Part shown: positions 50,625 to 60,707 of the stretch, piece after piece
Layout: the number at the start of each line of letters is the position of its first letter
Position numbering within the stretch: position 1 is the first letter of the stretch
Source of the DNA: Mycobacteriales bacterium
Lineage (GTDB): Bacteria > Actinomycetota > Actinomycetes > JADGOV01
Reading direction: 5' to 3'
DNA length: 64,000 nucleotides
Assembly: GCA_038232055.1 (NCBI GenBank)
Contig: JBBSIN010000003.1
Coordinates: 6,339 to 70,338 of the forward strand
Notes under the pieces: generated by a model
What the model saw: only the letters and a program-made list of their open reading frames with translations
Told to the model about the DNA's origin: nothing
Database searches by the model: none
Program-made: the position numbers and the translations under genes

Positions 50625-51929
50625 GTGACGGTGACGATCGCCAGAGGCTCTCGGCTGCCTCGCCGCGTCGCCACCGTGTCCGTGCACACTTCGCCACTGG
50701 AGCAACCCGGCACCGGCGATGCCGGCGGGATGAACGTCTACATCGTCGAGCTCGCCAAGCGGCTCGCGACGCTCGGCATCGAGGTGGAGATCTTCACCCG
50801 GGCCACGTCGAGCGACCTGCCGCCGATCGTCGAGATGGTGCCGGGCGTGCTCGTGCGGCATGTGACGGCCGGTCCGTTCGAGGGGCTGTCCAAGCACGAC
50901 CTCCCGGCGCAGCTGTGCGCGTTCACCTCGGCGGTGCTCCGCGCGGAGGCGATGCAGGAACCAGGTCACTACGACGTCGTGCACTCCCACTACTGGCTCT
51001 CCGGTCAGGTGGGGTGGCTGGCCAAGGAGCGCTGGGGCGTTCCGCTCGTGCACTCCATGCACACGATGGCCCGGGTCAAGAACGCCTCGCTGGCTGACGG
51101 TGACGCGCCGGAACCGGCGGCCCGGGAGATCGGCGAGACGCAGGTCGTCGAGGCGGCCGATCGGCTCATCGCGTCGACCGACGAGGAGGCCCGGCAACTC
51201 GGCAGCCTCTACGGCGCGGACCCCCGCCGCGTGGTGACCGTGGCGCCCGGCGTCGACCTGGAGGTCTTCCGTCCCGGCGAGGCATCGGCCGCGCGTACCC
51301 GGCTCGGCGTCCCGCCCGATGCCGTCGTCCTGCTCTTCGTCGGGCGCATCCAGCCGCTGAAGGCACCCGACATCCTGCTCCGGGCCGCCGCCCGCCTCCT
51401 CGAGCACGACCCCGCGCTACGGTCGCGTCTCGTGGTCGCCGTGGTCGGCGGCCCGAGTGGTTCCGGGCTCGACCAGCCGGAGCACCTCCAGCAGCTCGCG
51501 ACCGACCTCGGCATCGGCGACGTCGTCCGGTTCGAGCCACCGGCTGCCCCGGGGCGGCTGGTGGACTGGTACCGAGCCGCCACCGCGACCCTGGTGCCGT
51601 CCTACAGCGAGTCCTTCGGGCTGGTCGCCCTCGAGTCCCAGGCCTGCGGCACCCCGGTCGTCGCTGCCGCCGTCGGCGGGCTGCGCACTGCTGTGCGCGA
51701 CGGCGTCTCGGGCCTGCTCGTCGAGGGTCACGACCCGATCGGCTACGCGGACGCCGTACGCCGGCTGCTGACGCCCGACACTCGGCGACGACTGGCCGGC
51801 GGCGCCGTGCGGCACGCCAGTTCATTCGGCTGGTCGACGACGGCGGCCGGTGTGCTGGCCGTCTACGAGAACGCGATCGCCGAGACGGTGCGCTCGCGGA
51901 TGGTGCCGCGTCCGGTAGCCGCCGTCTGA
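50625..51929 (+). CDS. mshA: D-inositol-3-phosphate glycosyltransferase (mycothiol biosynthesis)
   Basis: [61 protein letters not shown] precedes GTG 50625. Confidence 0.9.
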   Translation: MTVTIARGSRLPRRVATVSVHTSPLEQPGTGDAGGMNVYIVELAKRLATLGIEVEIFTRATSSDLPPIVEMVPGVLVRHVTAGPFEGLSKHDLPAQLCAFTSAVLRAEAMQEPGHYDVVHSHYWLSGQVGWLAKERWGVPLVHSMHTMARVKNASLADGDAPEPAAREIGETQVVEAADRLIASTDEEARQLGSLYGADPRRVVTVAPGVDLEVFRPGEASAARTRLGVPPDAVVLLFVGRIQPLKAPDILLRAAARLLEHDPALRSRLVVAVVGGPSGSGLDQPEHLQQLATDLGIGDVVRFEPPAAPGRLVDWYRAATATLVPSYSESFGLVALESQACGTPVVAAAVGGLRTAVRDGVSGLLVEGHDPIGYADAVRRLLTPDTRRRLAGGAVRHASSFGWSTTAAGVLAVYENAIAETVRSRMVPRPVAAV

Positions 51930-52432
51930 TGCCGTCGTACGACGAGGTCCTTCGCTCGTCGCTCGACGACACGGGCCTCGCCTATCAACGTGAGCGGGCC
52001 GGCGCCTACTTGGTCCGCCTCGAAGGCACGTCCAAGCTGGCGACGATGACCTGGCTGGTGGCGGGAGAGCACAGCCTGCTGGTGGAGGCCTTCTTCTGCC
52101 GCCGGCCGGCCGAGGACGAGGGCCGCTTCTACCGATTCCTGCTCGAGCGAAACGCCAGAATGTTCGGCGTGGGCTTCTCCGTCGACCGCCTCGGCGACGT
52201 CTACCTCCTCGGCCGGTTGCCGCTCTGCGCCGTCACCGCTGACGAGCTGGACCGGCTTCTGGGGTGCGTGCTCACCTACTCCGACGAGGCCTTCGATACA
52301 GCGCTCCAGATCGGCTTCGGCTCGGCCATCCGCAAGGAGTGGGAGTGGCGCGTCAAACGGGGCGAGTCGCTCGCCAACCTCAGCGCCTTTGCCCGCTTCG
52401 CAGACCCCGTCTGGCACGCTAATCGACCATGA
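51929..52432 (+). CDS. YbjN domain protein
   Basis: Rv0487-like sequence (..[45 protein letters not shown]..) sits between mshA and gpmA, as in mycobacteria. Confidence 0.75.
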   Translation: MPSYDEVLRSSLDDTGLAYQRERAGAYLVRLEGTSKLATMTWLVAGEHSLLVEAFFCRRPAEDEGRFYRFLLERNARMFGVGFSVDRLGDVYLLGRLPLCAVTADELDRLLGCVLTYSDEAFDTALQIGFGSAIRKEWEWRVKRGESLANLSAFARFADPVWHANRP

Positions 52433-53175
52433 CCGCGACGCTGGTGCTTCTCCGCCACGGCGAGAGCGAGTGGAACGCAAAGAACCTGTTCACCGGCTGG
52501 GTCGACGTGGGCTTGACGAGCAAGGGCCAGGACGAGGCCAACACGGGTGGCGAGCTGCTTCGCGAATCCGGCCTGCTGCCGGACGTGGTGCACACCTCGG
52601 TGCTCCGCCGCGCCATCCGCAGCGCCGAGATCGCGCTGGACGCCGCAGACCGCCTCTGGATCCCAGTGACGCGAACCTGGCGACTCAACGAGCGCCACTA
52701 CGGGGCGCTGCAGGGCAAGGACAAGGCCCAGGTCCGTGCGGAGTACGGCGAGGAGCAGTTCATGCTCTGGCGGCGCTCGTACGACGTGCCGCCACCGCCT
52801 CTGCCGGCCGACTCGGACATGAGCGCCCGGCACGACCCGCGCTATGACGCCTTGCCGCCGGACGTGCTGCCCGACACCGAGTGCCTCAAAGACGTCGTGG
52901 TGCGCCTGCTGCCCTACTGGTACGACGCCATCGTGCCCGACTTGCGAGCGGGGTGGACCGTCCTGGTGGTGGCGCACGGCAACTCGCTGCGGGCGCTGGT
53001 CAAGCATCTGGACGCGATCAGCGACGAGGAGATTTCCGGGCTCAACATCCCGACCGGTATCCCGCTGCGCTACGACCTCGACGACGACCTGCGCCCGGTG
53101 CGGCGTGGCGGTACGTATCTGGACCCCGAATCCGCCGCGGAGGCCAGCGCGGCGGTGGCCCGGCAGGGGCACTGA
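52429..53175 (+). CDS. gpmA: 2,3-bisphosphoglycerate-dependent phosphoglycerate mutase
   Basis: [50 protein letters not shown]. Confidence 0.95.
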   Translation: MTATLVLLRHGESEWNAKNLFTGWVDVGLTSKGQDEANTGGELLRESGLLPDVVHTSVLRRAIRSAEIALDAADRLWIPVTRTWRLNERHYGALQGKDKAQVRAEYGEEQFMLWRRSYDVPPPPLPADSDMSARHDPRYDALPPDVLPDTECLKDVVVRLLPYWYDAIVPDLRAGWTVLVVAHGNSLRALVKHLDAISDEEISGLNIPTGIPLRYDLDDDLRPVRRGGTYLDPESAAEASAAVARQGH

Positions 53176-53204
53176 CCAAGCGCGTCGGTCAGGCGCTACG
53201 ACGC

Positions 53205-53702
53205 TCAGCTCGGCGTCGGGCTGGGCGGCTGGCTCGGCAGCGCGATCGGAGCCTGCACGTCGATCGAGCCGGCCTGCGCGAAGGTCAGCGTGAGCGGGAT
53301 GGAACTGCTTGCGCGCAGGTCGCGCTTGATTCCACGCAACAAGAGGTAGGAGCCGCCGGGCTTGAACGACGTCAGCTCGCCAGTCTTGATCTGGAACACG
53401 CCGGCCCCCCCCAGCTCGACCGTGCCGAGCTGGCTCGACGCACTGAGGAGTGCATCGTCGGTCGTACCGATGTTGGCCACCGAGAGGTAGATCGGGATGT
53501 CCGCGCCGACGGCGTAACTGTCCACCGGAGGTGCAGCCGCATAGAGGTCGCGGATCCGCAGGTCGCCGAGCGACGCTTGCGAGCCGTCGATGGCCGCCTG
53601 CTCCTGCGCCGTCACCGCGTTCTTTCCGCTACCGCAGCCCGCGGTGACCGGCGCGACGGCGAGTACGGCGACGACGAAGGCAAGGCGCGTGCGGCGCTTC
53701 AC
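53205..53702 (-). CDS. PCu(A)C-like lipoprotein lacking His/Met/Cys copper ligands
   Basis: Lipobox VTAGC. The overall pattern (YLSVANIGTTDDALLSASS..FKPGGSYLLLRGIKRDL..PLTLTFAQAGSIDV) resembles DUF461/PCuAC. The mature protein contains no H, M or C. Its start lies 1 nt from the SCO stop. Confidence 0.55.
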   Translation of the reverse strand: MKRRTRLAFVVAVLAVAPVTAGCGSGKNAVTAQEQAAIDGSQASLGDLRIRDLYAAAPPVDSYAVGADIPIYLSVANIGTTDDALLSASSQLGTVELGGAGVFQIKTGELTSFKPGGSYLLLRGIKRDLRASSSIPLTLTFAQAGSIDVQAPIALPSQPPSPTPS

Positions 53703-53703
53703 C

Positions 53704-54324
53704 TCACGACTCCTCTCGGACCAGCTCCGGCAGGTCGGCGGCGTAGTCGGCCATCGTGGCAGTCGGTGGGTAGACGGCGGCGACTTCGTCATCGTGCGCG
53801 TACGCCGTCGTGCCGGCGTAGTGGTCGACAGCGTAGCCAGCGCCCTTGCCAGCGGCACGGACCGCCCGTGGCACGCCGGCCGAGTCCTCCGCGGCGGTGA
53901 TCTGGCGCATGGAGCCGGTCAGCCCGACGAACGACGTGTCGATGCCGTCCAGCCAGCGCCGGACTACCCGCGGGCTGTCGCGTTTCGGGTCGCTCGTGGC
54001 GAAGACGACCACGACATCGCGGCGGACGGCGGCGGGCACCCGGCGCAGCGCCAACGAGATGTCGTGCAGCACCGCCGGGCAGGTGTCGTCGCAGTTCGTG
54101 TAACCCCAGAAGAGCAGGGTGACCTTGCCCTTTGTTCTCTCGAAGAAGTCGTACGCCGCGCCGGAGGTGTCGGTCAGGGTGAAATGCGGCCGGCGGCCGG
54201 GGGCGTCCGGCACCACGCCGTGCAGCGTGGCTCGAACCGATGCCCGCTGCGCCTGCGCCGACGGGCTCCCGCAGCCGCTCAGGGTTCCGCCGGCGAGCAG
54301 AAGAGCGAGCAGCGTCCGCACCAT
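53704..54324 (-). CDS. SCO1/SenC family copper chaperone lipoprotein
   Basis: Lipobox LSGC, thioredoxin fold with FWGYTNCDDTCP (CxxxC), and a downstream His (VDHYAG). Confidence 0.85.
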   Translation of the reverse strand: MVRTLLALLLAGGTLSGCGSPSAQAQRASVRATLHGVVPDAPGRRPHFTLTDTSGAAYDFFERTKGKVTLLFWGYTNCDDTCPAVLHDISLALRRVPAAVRRDVVVVFATSDPKRDSPRVVRRWLDGIDTSFVGLTGSMRQITAAEDSAGVPRAVRAAGKGAGYAVDHYAGTTAYAHDDEVAAVYPPTATMADYAADLPELVREES

Positions 54325-55175
54325 CACCCGTTCAGCGTAGGCGTGGTGCCCGACGCCAAGAAGCCGGCGACCACGAGGGCCGCCGCCCCCATGTTGAGCC
54401 GGAAGGCGAGGGGCGACCCGGCCGCCAGCCGAAACGTCGCGCCGGCCACACAGGCGGTGGCGAGGCATCCGCTCGCCACGAGCAGGACGAGCGCCGCTGG
54501 CGTCCGTCGGGAGACGAGGATGAGCAGCACCGAGACGGCGGCGACGAGAGCCGCCGACACCGCGACCGAGCGTCGGGGACCCAGCAGCTGAGGGAGACCG
54601 CGAACGCCAGTGGCCGCGTCGACCTGCGCATCGCCGACCGTGTTCGCGAAGTGGGCCGACACCCCGAGCAGGCCACCGGCCAGCACGACGGCGGCGCGCG
54701 GCGCGGGCGAGCCGGGCAGCGCGGCGGCGACGAGGGCGACCGGCACCAGGCCGAAGGAGACGAGATAGGGCAGGAAGCTCGCCACGGTAAACTTCAACCA
54801 CAGGTTGTAGGTCCACGCAGAGGCCACCGCCGCCAGGTGGACCAGCGCCGGGCGCGCGCCGAGTGCGCTGGAGAGCAGCACGCACGCGACAAGGGCGCAT
54901 CCGGTCGCCACTTCGAGCGCGCCGGCCGAGACCGCGCCGGCCACGACCGGCTTGCCGCGACGTCCGGCTGCCCGGTCGCGTCCGGCGTCGACGTAGTCGT
55001 TGCACCATCCCACCGAGAGCTGGCCGGCGAAGACGGCGAGCCCCAGCAGCGTCGTACGCCGCGCCGCGAGCCCGGCCGAGAGCGCGAGCGCGGCGACAAA
55101 GACCGTCACGGCCAGCGCCGGCAACGGATGCGACGCCCGAAATAGCCCTTTCGCGAGGGCACGGGCCGGGCTCAC
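54324..55175 (-). CDS. UbiA family prenyltransferase
   Basis: NDYVDAGRD (NDxxDxxxD) and GDAQVD (DxxxD) Asp-rich motifs, with about eight TM helices. Confidence 0.8.
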   Translation of the reverse strand: MSPARALAKGLFRASHPLPALAVTVFVAALALSAGLAARRTTLLGLAVFAGQLSVGWCNDYVDAGRDRAAGRRGKPVVAGAVSAGALEVATGCALVACVLLSSALGARPALVHLAAVASAWTYNLWLKFTVASFLPYLVSFGLVPVALVAAALPGSPAPRAAVVLAGGLLGVSAHFANTVGDAQVDAATGVRGLPQLLGPRRSVAVSAALVAAVSVLLILVSRRTPAALVLLVASGCLATACVAGATFRLAAGSPLAFRLNMGAAALVVAGFLASGTTPTLNG

Positions 55176-55199
55176 CCGAGCAGTGTCTAGCGTGGGGGG

Positions 55200-55913
55200 A
55201 TGTCCGCCGCGCCGACCCGCCAGCGCAACGACCCGCGGCAGTACGACGAGCTGGTGGACGAGTGGTGGGCCGATCGCGGCGCTTTCGCACCGCTGCAGTG
55301 GATCGCCGCCGCGCGGGCTCGGCTGGTTCCGTCGGCCACTCGCACCGGCGCGGTTCTGCTCGACGTCGCCTGCGGTGGTGGCTTGTTGGCGCCGCACGTC
55401 GCCGGCCTCGGCTACCGCCACGTGGGCGTGGACCTGCGGCTGCCGGGGCTGGTGGTGGCGCGCGAGCACGGCGTCGTACCGGTCTGCGGGGATGCGCTGC
55501 GGCTGCCCCTGCCGGACGCCGTGGCCGACGTCGTGGTGGCCGGGGAAATGCTCGAGCACGTTGCCGACCTGCCAGCCGTCGTCGCGGAACTGGCCCGCGT
55601 CCTGCGGCCGGGTGGCACGCTGGTCGCAGACACCCTCGCCGATACGGCGATCTCCCGACTGGTCACGATCACCCTCGCCGAGCGGCTGCGCGGCGTGCCG
55701 GCCGGGCTGCACGATCCCAGCCTGTACGTCGACCGCGCCGAGCTGGTCGACGTGGCCGCCGAGCACGGCATCGCCCTGCGGCTGGTCGGCCTGCGGCCCT
55801 CCGTGCCGGACCTCGCCGAGTGGGTCCTTCGCCGCCGCGGCGACGTACGCCTGCTGCCGACCCGCTGCACCGCCATCCTGTTCCAGGCCGTCGGTCGCAA
55901 GGAGTCGCGATGA
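55200..55913 (+). CDS. Class I SAM-dependent methyltransferase
   Basis: VLLDVACGGGLLAPHV motif I and VVAGEMLEHV motif. ATGA-coupled to the next gene. Confidence 0.8.
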   Translation: MSAAPTRQRNDPRQYDELVDEWWADRGAFAPLQWIAAARARLVPSATRTGAVLLDVACGGGLLAPHVAGLGYRHVGVDLRLPGLVVAREHGVVPVCGDALRLPLPDAVADVVVAGEMLEHVADLPAVVAELARVLRPGGTLVADTLADTAISRLVTITLAERLRGVPAGLHDPSLYVDRAELVDVAAEHGIALRLVGLRPSVPDLAEWVLRRRGDVRLLPTRCTAILFQAVGRKESR

Positions 55914-57082
55914 CCCCCACGGAGGCCCTCGAGGCCGCCTCCCGCCTTGGACCCGACATCGCCGCGCGGGCCACGGACTACGACGAGAAGGGCGCCTTCC
56001 CGACGGCGGACTTCGCGTCGATCCGCGACGCGGGTCTGCTCGGGCTGATGGTGCCCACCCGGCTCGGCGGCGCGGGCGCCGGCTTCGCCGACTACGTCGA
56101 GGTCGCCATGGCGCTCGCCGCCGGCAGCGGCGCGACTGCGCTCGTCTACAACATGCACGCGTCCGTGACCGGCGCGATCGCCACCATCCCCGAGGAGCTG
56201 GCCACGGCGCTCGGCGTACCGGACAGCTTCTTCGCCATGCGCGACGGCGTGCTGCGCGCGGCGGCGGACGGGGCGCTGTACGGCGTGGCGATGTCCGAAC
56301 GCGGCGCCGGCTCGCGGCTCTCGCAGGTCACCACGACGTACGAACCCTGCGACGGCGGCTGGCGGATCACCGGGCACAAGACGTTCTGCTCCGGGGCAGG
56401 ACATGCCGATGCCTATCTCGTCGCGGCCCGGCGGACGGTCGAAGGCGAGGACGCGATCAGTTTCTTCATTGTCCCGGCGGGCGCGGGTTTGACGGTGGAG
56501 GAGACTTGGGACTCCCTGGGGATGCGCGCGACCGCGAGTCACGACCTGCACATCGACGCGGTCGTCGCGCCAGACGCGCTGCTCGGTGGGGTAGAAGGTC
56601 TTGCCATGCTCATCGCGCAGGTCATGCCGCAGTGGTTGGTCGCGTCGTACTCCGCCGTCTACGTCGGTGTGGCCCAGGCGGCGCTCGATGCCGCCGCGGA
56701 CTACGCGGCCCGCCGCGAGCTGCAGCGGCTGCCCGCGGTGCGGGCCCGACTCGGCCGGGCCGACGCCCGGGTGGCGGCAGCGCGCGAGGTGGTGCGGGAA
56801 GCCGCCCGCCGGGTCGACGCGGACCCCGGCACACCGGAGACCAACCGGTGGGTCTGGCGCGCCAAGCTGCTCGCCGGTGAGACCGCGATGGACGTGGCCG
56901 CCTCCGTGCTCGAGGCGTGCGGTACGGCGGCCACCCGCCGCGGCAGCAGCCTCGAACGGCTCTACCGGGACGCCCGCTGCGGGTCGCTGCAGCCTGCGAC
57001 GAGTGACGTCTGCGCCGACTGGCTGGGGTTGGCGGTGCTCGGAGGTGATCCGGACAACGACGCCACGGTGCCGCGCTGGTGA
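55910..57082 (+). CDS. Acyl-CoA dehydrogenase-fold flavoprotein (possible oxygenase/tailoring enzyme)
   Basis: ACAD N/M/C-domain pattern (FASIRDAGLLGLMVP, GWRITGHKTFCSGAGHAD, ERLYRDARCGSLQP). Confidence 0.8.
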   Translation: MTPTEALEAASRLGPDIAARATDYDEKGAFPTADFASIRDAGLLGLMVPTRLGGAGAGFADYVEVAMALAAGSGATALVYNMHASVTGAIATIPEELATALGVPDSFFAMRDGVLRAAADGALYGVAMSERGAGSRLSQVTTTYEPCDGGWRITGHKTFCSGAGHADAYLVAARRTVEGEDAISFFIVPAGAGLTVEETWDSLGMRATASHDLHIDAVVAPDALLGGVEGLAMLIAQVMPQWLVASYSAVYVGVAQAALDAAADYAARRELQRLPAVRARLGRADARVAAAREVVREAARRVDADPGTPETNRWVWRAKLLAGETAMDVAASVLEACGTAATRRGSSLERLYRDARCGSLQPATSDVCADWLGLAVLGGDPDNDATVPRW

Positions 57083-58116
57083 CCGACGCCGTGATCGTGG
57101 GTGCGGCGCACGCCGTACCCGCCCCGATGGACCAGCGGGAGCTTTGGGACGGCTTCTTCCGCGACCACTACGCCGACGATCCGCTGGCTCGCCGGATCTG
57201 GCAGTCGTGTGGCGTCCGCACCAGGCACGGCGTCGCGAACCCGGTCCACGACGACGTCTCGTCGTGGGGCACCGGGGCTCGGATGGAGCGCTACGCCGCC
57301 GAGGCGCTGCCGTTGGGGAAGGAAGCGGTCGGCGCGGCGCTGCACGACGCCGGCCTCGGCGCCAGCGACGTCGGGCTCTTCGCCGTCGTCTCCTGCACCG
57401 GCTACGCGACTCCTGGCATCGACATCCTGCTCGCTCGTGATCTCGGCATGGCGCAGGACGTCCAGCGTCTCGTCGTCGGGCACATGGGCTGCTATGCGGC
57501 CCTGCCGGGGCTCGGCGCCGCAGCCGACTACGTGCGGGCCCGCGCCCGGCCGGCCGTGCTGCTGTGCCTGGAGCTGACCAGCCTGCACGTCCAGCCGGTC
57601 ACGGCCGACCGCCAGATGGACCAGGTCGTGGCGCACGCCCTCTTCGCCGACGCGGCGGCCGCCGTCGTCCTGGTGCCCGACGGCGAGGGGCTTGCGGTGG
57701 CCGACGTCGCTGCCCGCACCGACGTCGCGACCAGCGACCACATGACGTGGGATGTGACGGACCTGGGGTTTCGGATGGGCCTCTCGCCGCGCGTTCCCGG
57801 GGTGCTGGCCCGCCACGCAGCGCCGGTCGTGTCCGACCTGCTCGACCGCCACGGCTTGCGACTCGGCGATGTCGCGGGCTGGGCCGTGCACCCGGGCGGT
57901 CCGGCGATCCTCGAGGTGGTCGCCGCGCAGCTTCGGCTGCCCCCTGAAGCGCTCGACGCGTCGTACGGCGTGCTCCGCGACTACGGCAACTGGTCCTCGG
58001 CGACGGTGCTGCTCGTGCTTGAGCGGCTGCGCAACCGGGCCTCCGGAGAGGGCATCGTCGCGCTGGCATTCGGCCCGGGGCTCACGCTCTATGCAGCCCT
58101 GCTCCGCCAGCGTTGA
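57079..58116 (+). CDS. Type III polyketide synthase (chalcone synthase superfamily)
   Basis: Catalytic triad contexts VVSCTGYATPG (Cys), WAVHPGGPAIL (His) and YGNWSSATV (Asn). GTGA-coupled to the upstream ACAD gene. Confidence 0.9.
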   Translation: MTDAVIVGAAHAVPAPMDQRELWDGFFRDHYADDPLARRIWQSCGVRTRHGVANPVHDDVSSWGTGARMERYAAEALPLGKEAVGAALHDAGLGASDVGLFAVVSCTGYATPGIDILLARDLGMAQDVQRLVVGHMGCYAALPGLGAAADYVRARARPAVLLCLELTSLHVQPVTADRQMDQVVAHALFADAAAAVVLVPDGEGLAVADVAARTDVATSDHMTWDVTDLGFRMGLSPRVPGVLARHAAPVVSDLLDRHGLRLGDVAGWAVHPGGPAILEVVAAQLRLPPEALDASYGVLRDYGNWSSATVLLVLERLRNRASGEGIVALAFGPGLTLYAALLRQR

Positions 58117-58120
58117 CCGC

Positions 58121-58816
58121 TCAGGAGGTAAGCCCGATCAGCTCGGTTCCCAGCTCGAACATGCCGGCAAGGTTCCGTTCGACGGCGGTGACGACGCCGT
58201 CGTTCCGCACGAGCAGGGCGGTCAGCCCCCGCGGGGTGTAGGCAAGGCCCAACCGCCCGCCTTCGTCGTACGCCGAAAAGGCCCGGGCCCGGATCGCGGT
58301 CCGCAGCAGCGCGGCCACCTCGCCGTCGCCGGGCGGGGCGACGATGACGAGCGGGACGGCGTACTGGCGGGACTGGCTGGCGAGGCGGTCGAGCGCCGGG
58401 GTGCACGCGCAGGGCGAGGGGACCACGGCGAGGACCGCCGGCCGCAGCGTGCGGACCTGGCGTCGGTCGTCACCGATTCGCAGGGCAACGGCCGGAAGCA
58501 GCCCACCGGGCCAGCCGGGCGGCACGGTGGGTGCGGCCAAGGGAGTCGTGCCGGGCGTTTGGCGCACGCTGAACGGGCCGAGCAGTACGAGCCCGACGGC
58601 GAAGAGGGCGACCACCGCGAGCGCCGCCGCGACGACCACGCGTGGTCCGGCTCGGCCGGTCGGACCCAGCATCCGGTGCAGCCTCCGCCGGCGTGCCGCG
58701 GCCGCGTTCTCGCGCCGCCAGGCGAGCAGATCGACGTCGAGGTCGCGCGCATCAGGGGGCGCCACCCATCCCGGCGGAAGCGGCGACTCGCCGCCGGGAT
58801 GGGTCGGCTCGGTCAT
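58121..58816 (-). CDS. Membrane-anchored hypothetical protein
   Basis: Cytoplasmic N-terminus, one TM (VVVAAALAVVALFAVGLVLLG), and an external domain with a CAC motif. I recognise no family. Confidence 0.45.
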   Translation of the reverse strand: MTEPTHPGGESPLPPGWVAPPDARDLDVDLLAWRRENAAAARRRRLHRMLGPTGRAGPRVVVAAALAVVALFAVGLVLLGPFSVRQTPGTTPLAAPTVPPGWPGGLLPAVALRIGDDRRQVRTLRPAVLAVVPSPCACTPALDRLASQSRQYAVPLVIVAPPGDGEVAALLRTAIRARAFSAYDEGGRLGLAYTPRGLTALLVRNDGVVTAVERNLAGMFELGTELIGLTS

Positions 58817-58976
58817 GGCATCAGTATGGGCGCGTGCCCGTGACCTGCGGAGAACACGTCAGCGGCCCGTTGTCAACCCCCAATTAGCCGCCTGACCTGC
58901 GGCGATGCTTAGGCCGGTCGAAGTCGTCGGGATAGGCCACATGGTAGCGTTGTGGCAGCGGAAGGGGCTTCCACAT

Positions 58977-59468
58977 ATGACGTTTAAGGTCGGCGAGACG
59001 GTTGTCTACCCCCATCACGGGGCGGCGCTCATCGAAGACATCGAGACTCGCGTGATCAAGGGCGAGGATAGGCTCTACCTGGTTCTCAAGGTCGCTCAAG
59101 GCGACCTGACGGTTCGGGTGCCCGCCGACAACGCGGAGATTGTCGGGGTTCGGGACGTGGTCGGCCAGGAGGGCCTGGAGAAGGTCTTCGACGTGCTGCG
59201 CGCGCCGCACACCGAGGAGCCGACCAACTGGAGTCGGCGCTACAAGGCCAACCTCGAGAAGCTGGCGTCGGGTGACGTCAACAAGGTCGCCGAGGTCGTC
59301 CGCGACCTGTGGCGGCGCGACCGCGAGCGTGGGCTCTCCGCCGGCGAGAAGCGCATGCTGGCCAAGGCGCGCCAGATTCTCGTCAGCGAGCTCGCACTCG
59401 CCGAGGGAACCAACGAGGACAAGGCCGAAACGATCCTCGACGAGGTTCTGGCCGCTGCCACCGTCTGA
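58977..59468 (+). CDS. carD: CarD family RNA polymerase-binding transcriptional regulator
   Basis: [52 protein letters not shown]. Confidence 0.95.
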   Translation: MTFKVGETVVYPHHGAALIEDIETRVIKGEDRLYLVLKVAQGDLTVRVPADNAEIVGVRDVVGQEGLEKVFDVLRAPHTEEPTNWSRRYKANLEKLASGDVNKVAEVVRDLWRRDRERGLSAGEKRMLAKARQILVSELALAEGTNEDKAETILDEVLAAATV

Positions 59469-59940
59469 GCCGCGCGTCGGAATCGGCGTCGACGTCCATG
59501 TCTACGACGCCGCCCGCCCGTGTCGGCTGGCCGGCTTGGAGTGGCCGGATGAGCCCGGTCTCGCCGGGCACTCCGACGGCGACGTCGCGGCCCACGCCGC
59601 ATGTGATGCACTGCTATCCGCCGCCGGGCTCGGCGACCTCGGCGCGCAGTTCGGCACGTCGGAGCCGGAATGGGCGGATGCGTCCGGGTCGGCGCTGATC
59701 GCCGAGACGGTACGACGCCTGCAGGTGGCGGGTTTCGCTCCCGGCAACGTCGCTGTCCAGGTCATCGGCGAGCATCCGCGGCTCGGCTCCCGTCGGGCGG
59801 AGGCCGCGGCGGCACTGTCGGCAGCTGCCGGCGCGCCGGTCACGGTCGCCGCGACCACCACGGACGGCCTCGGGCTGACCGGCCGCGGCGAGGGCCTCGC
59901 CGCCATAGCCACCGCGCTCGTCGTACCGTTCGAGGCGTGA
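59455..59940 (+). CDS. ispF: 2-C-methyl-D-erythritol 2,4-cyclodiphosphate synthase (start codon unresolved)
   Basis: [39 protein letters not shown]. The conserved N-terminus begins at 59473, 5 nt after the carD stop. There is no ATG/GTG/TTG nearby; CTG at 59455 is the nearest candidate. Confidence 0.8.
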   Translation: MPPSEPRVGIGVDVHVYDAARPCRLAGLEWPDEPGLAGHSDGDVAAHAACDALLSAAGLGDLGAQFGTSEPEWADASGSALIAETVRRLQVAGFAPGNVAVQVIGEHPRLGSRRAEAAAALSAAAGAPVTVAATTTDGLGLTGRGEGLAAIATALVVPFEA

Positions 59941-60536
59941 GCCCGCAACGCGTGTGGCTCGTCCGCCATGGCGAGACGGAGTGGAGCCGCACGGGCCAGC
60001 ACACGGGGGTCACCGACGTGCCCTTGACGTCGGCCGGCGAGGCGGCGGCGCGAGCTCTCGGCGCCCGGCTGGGCAAGCGTGCGTTCGCCGCCGTGCTGAG
60101 CAGCCCGCTCTCCCGGGCCAGCCGCACCTGTGAGCTGGCCGGGCTCGGCGACCAGATGCAGCTCGACCAGGACCTCATGGAGTGGAACTACGGCCGGTAC
60201 GAAGGGCGCACGACCCGCGACATCCGACGGGAGCTACCCGGCTGGTCGGTGTGGACCTCCGGCGCACCGGGCGGAGAGACGCCGGCCGAGGTCGGCGCCC
60301 GCGCGGACCGGGTCATCGAGCGGGCTCGGCGAATCGACGGCGATGTCGCCCTGTTTGCGCACGGGCACCTGCTGCGCGTGCTCGGCGCCCGCTGGCTCGG
60401 CTTGCCCCCCGAAGCCGGCCGGTTGTTCGCACTGTCGACCGCGGCGGTGAGCGTACTGGGCTACGAGCGGGAGATCGCGGTGCTCTCACTCTGGAACGCC
60501 ACCGAGGACGGGCAGCTCCTGGATCAGCGCGGCTGA
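59937..60536 (+). CDS. Histidine phosphatase family protein
   Basis: [15 protein letters not shown] motif and [11 protein letters not shown] second His motif. GTGA-coupled to ispF. Confidence 0.85.
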   Translation: MSPQRVWLVRHGETEWSRTGQHTGVTDVPLTSAGEAAARALGARLGKRAFAAVLSSPLSRASRTCELAGLGDQMQLDQDLMEWNYGRYEGRTTRDIRRELPGWSVWTSGAPGGETPAEVGARADRVIERARRIDGDVALFAHGHLLRVLGARWLGLPPEAGRLFALSTAAVSVLGYEREIAVLSLWNATEDGQLLDQRG

Positions 60537-60707
60537 ACCTTCGCCGCCCTGCGGCCGATGTCAGGCCTGCGCGGTTACCGCCGCCTTTGTACGCCGCGTT
60601 CCCGCTTCATTCGTTGACCAAACCGTTACCTCGTTCACCCGAATGCGCGAATCCGACGCATCGTGCCCCCCGAACGCCTTTGTAGAGACGCACCCCTTGG
60701 AGGTCAT

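Noticed and set aside
54863-55909. 739-aa ORF fusing an Arg-rich N-terminal region to the ACAD-fold gene
   Set aside because: The first ~350 residues are low-complexity and off-frame, lying over the ubiA and methyltransferase genes. ACAD similarity begins at ATG 55910, which overlaps the methyltransferase stop.
58841-58900. TGACCTGCGG direct repeat (two copies ~50 nt apart) upstream of carD, and GCCTTTGTA repeated ~92 nt apart upstream of the cupredoxin gene
   Set aside because: These are short (9-10 nt) repeats that could arise by chance in GC-rich DNA. No symmetry or positional logic relative to promoter elements could be established by eye.
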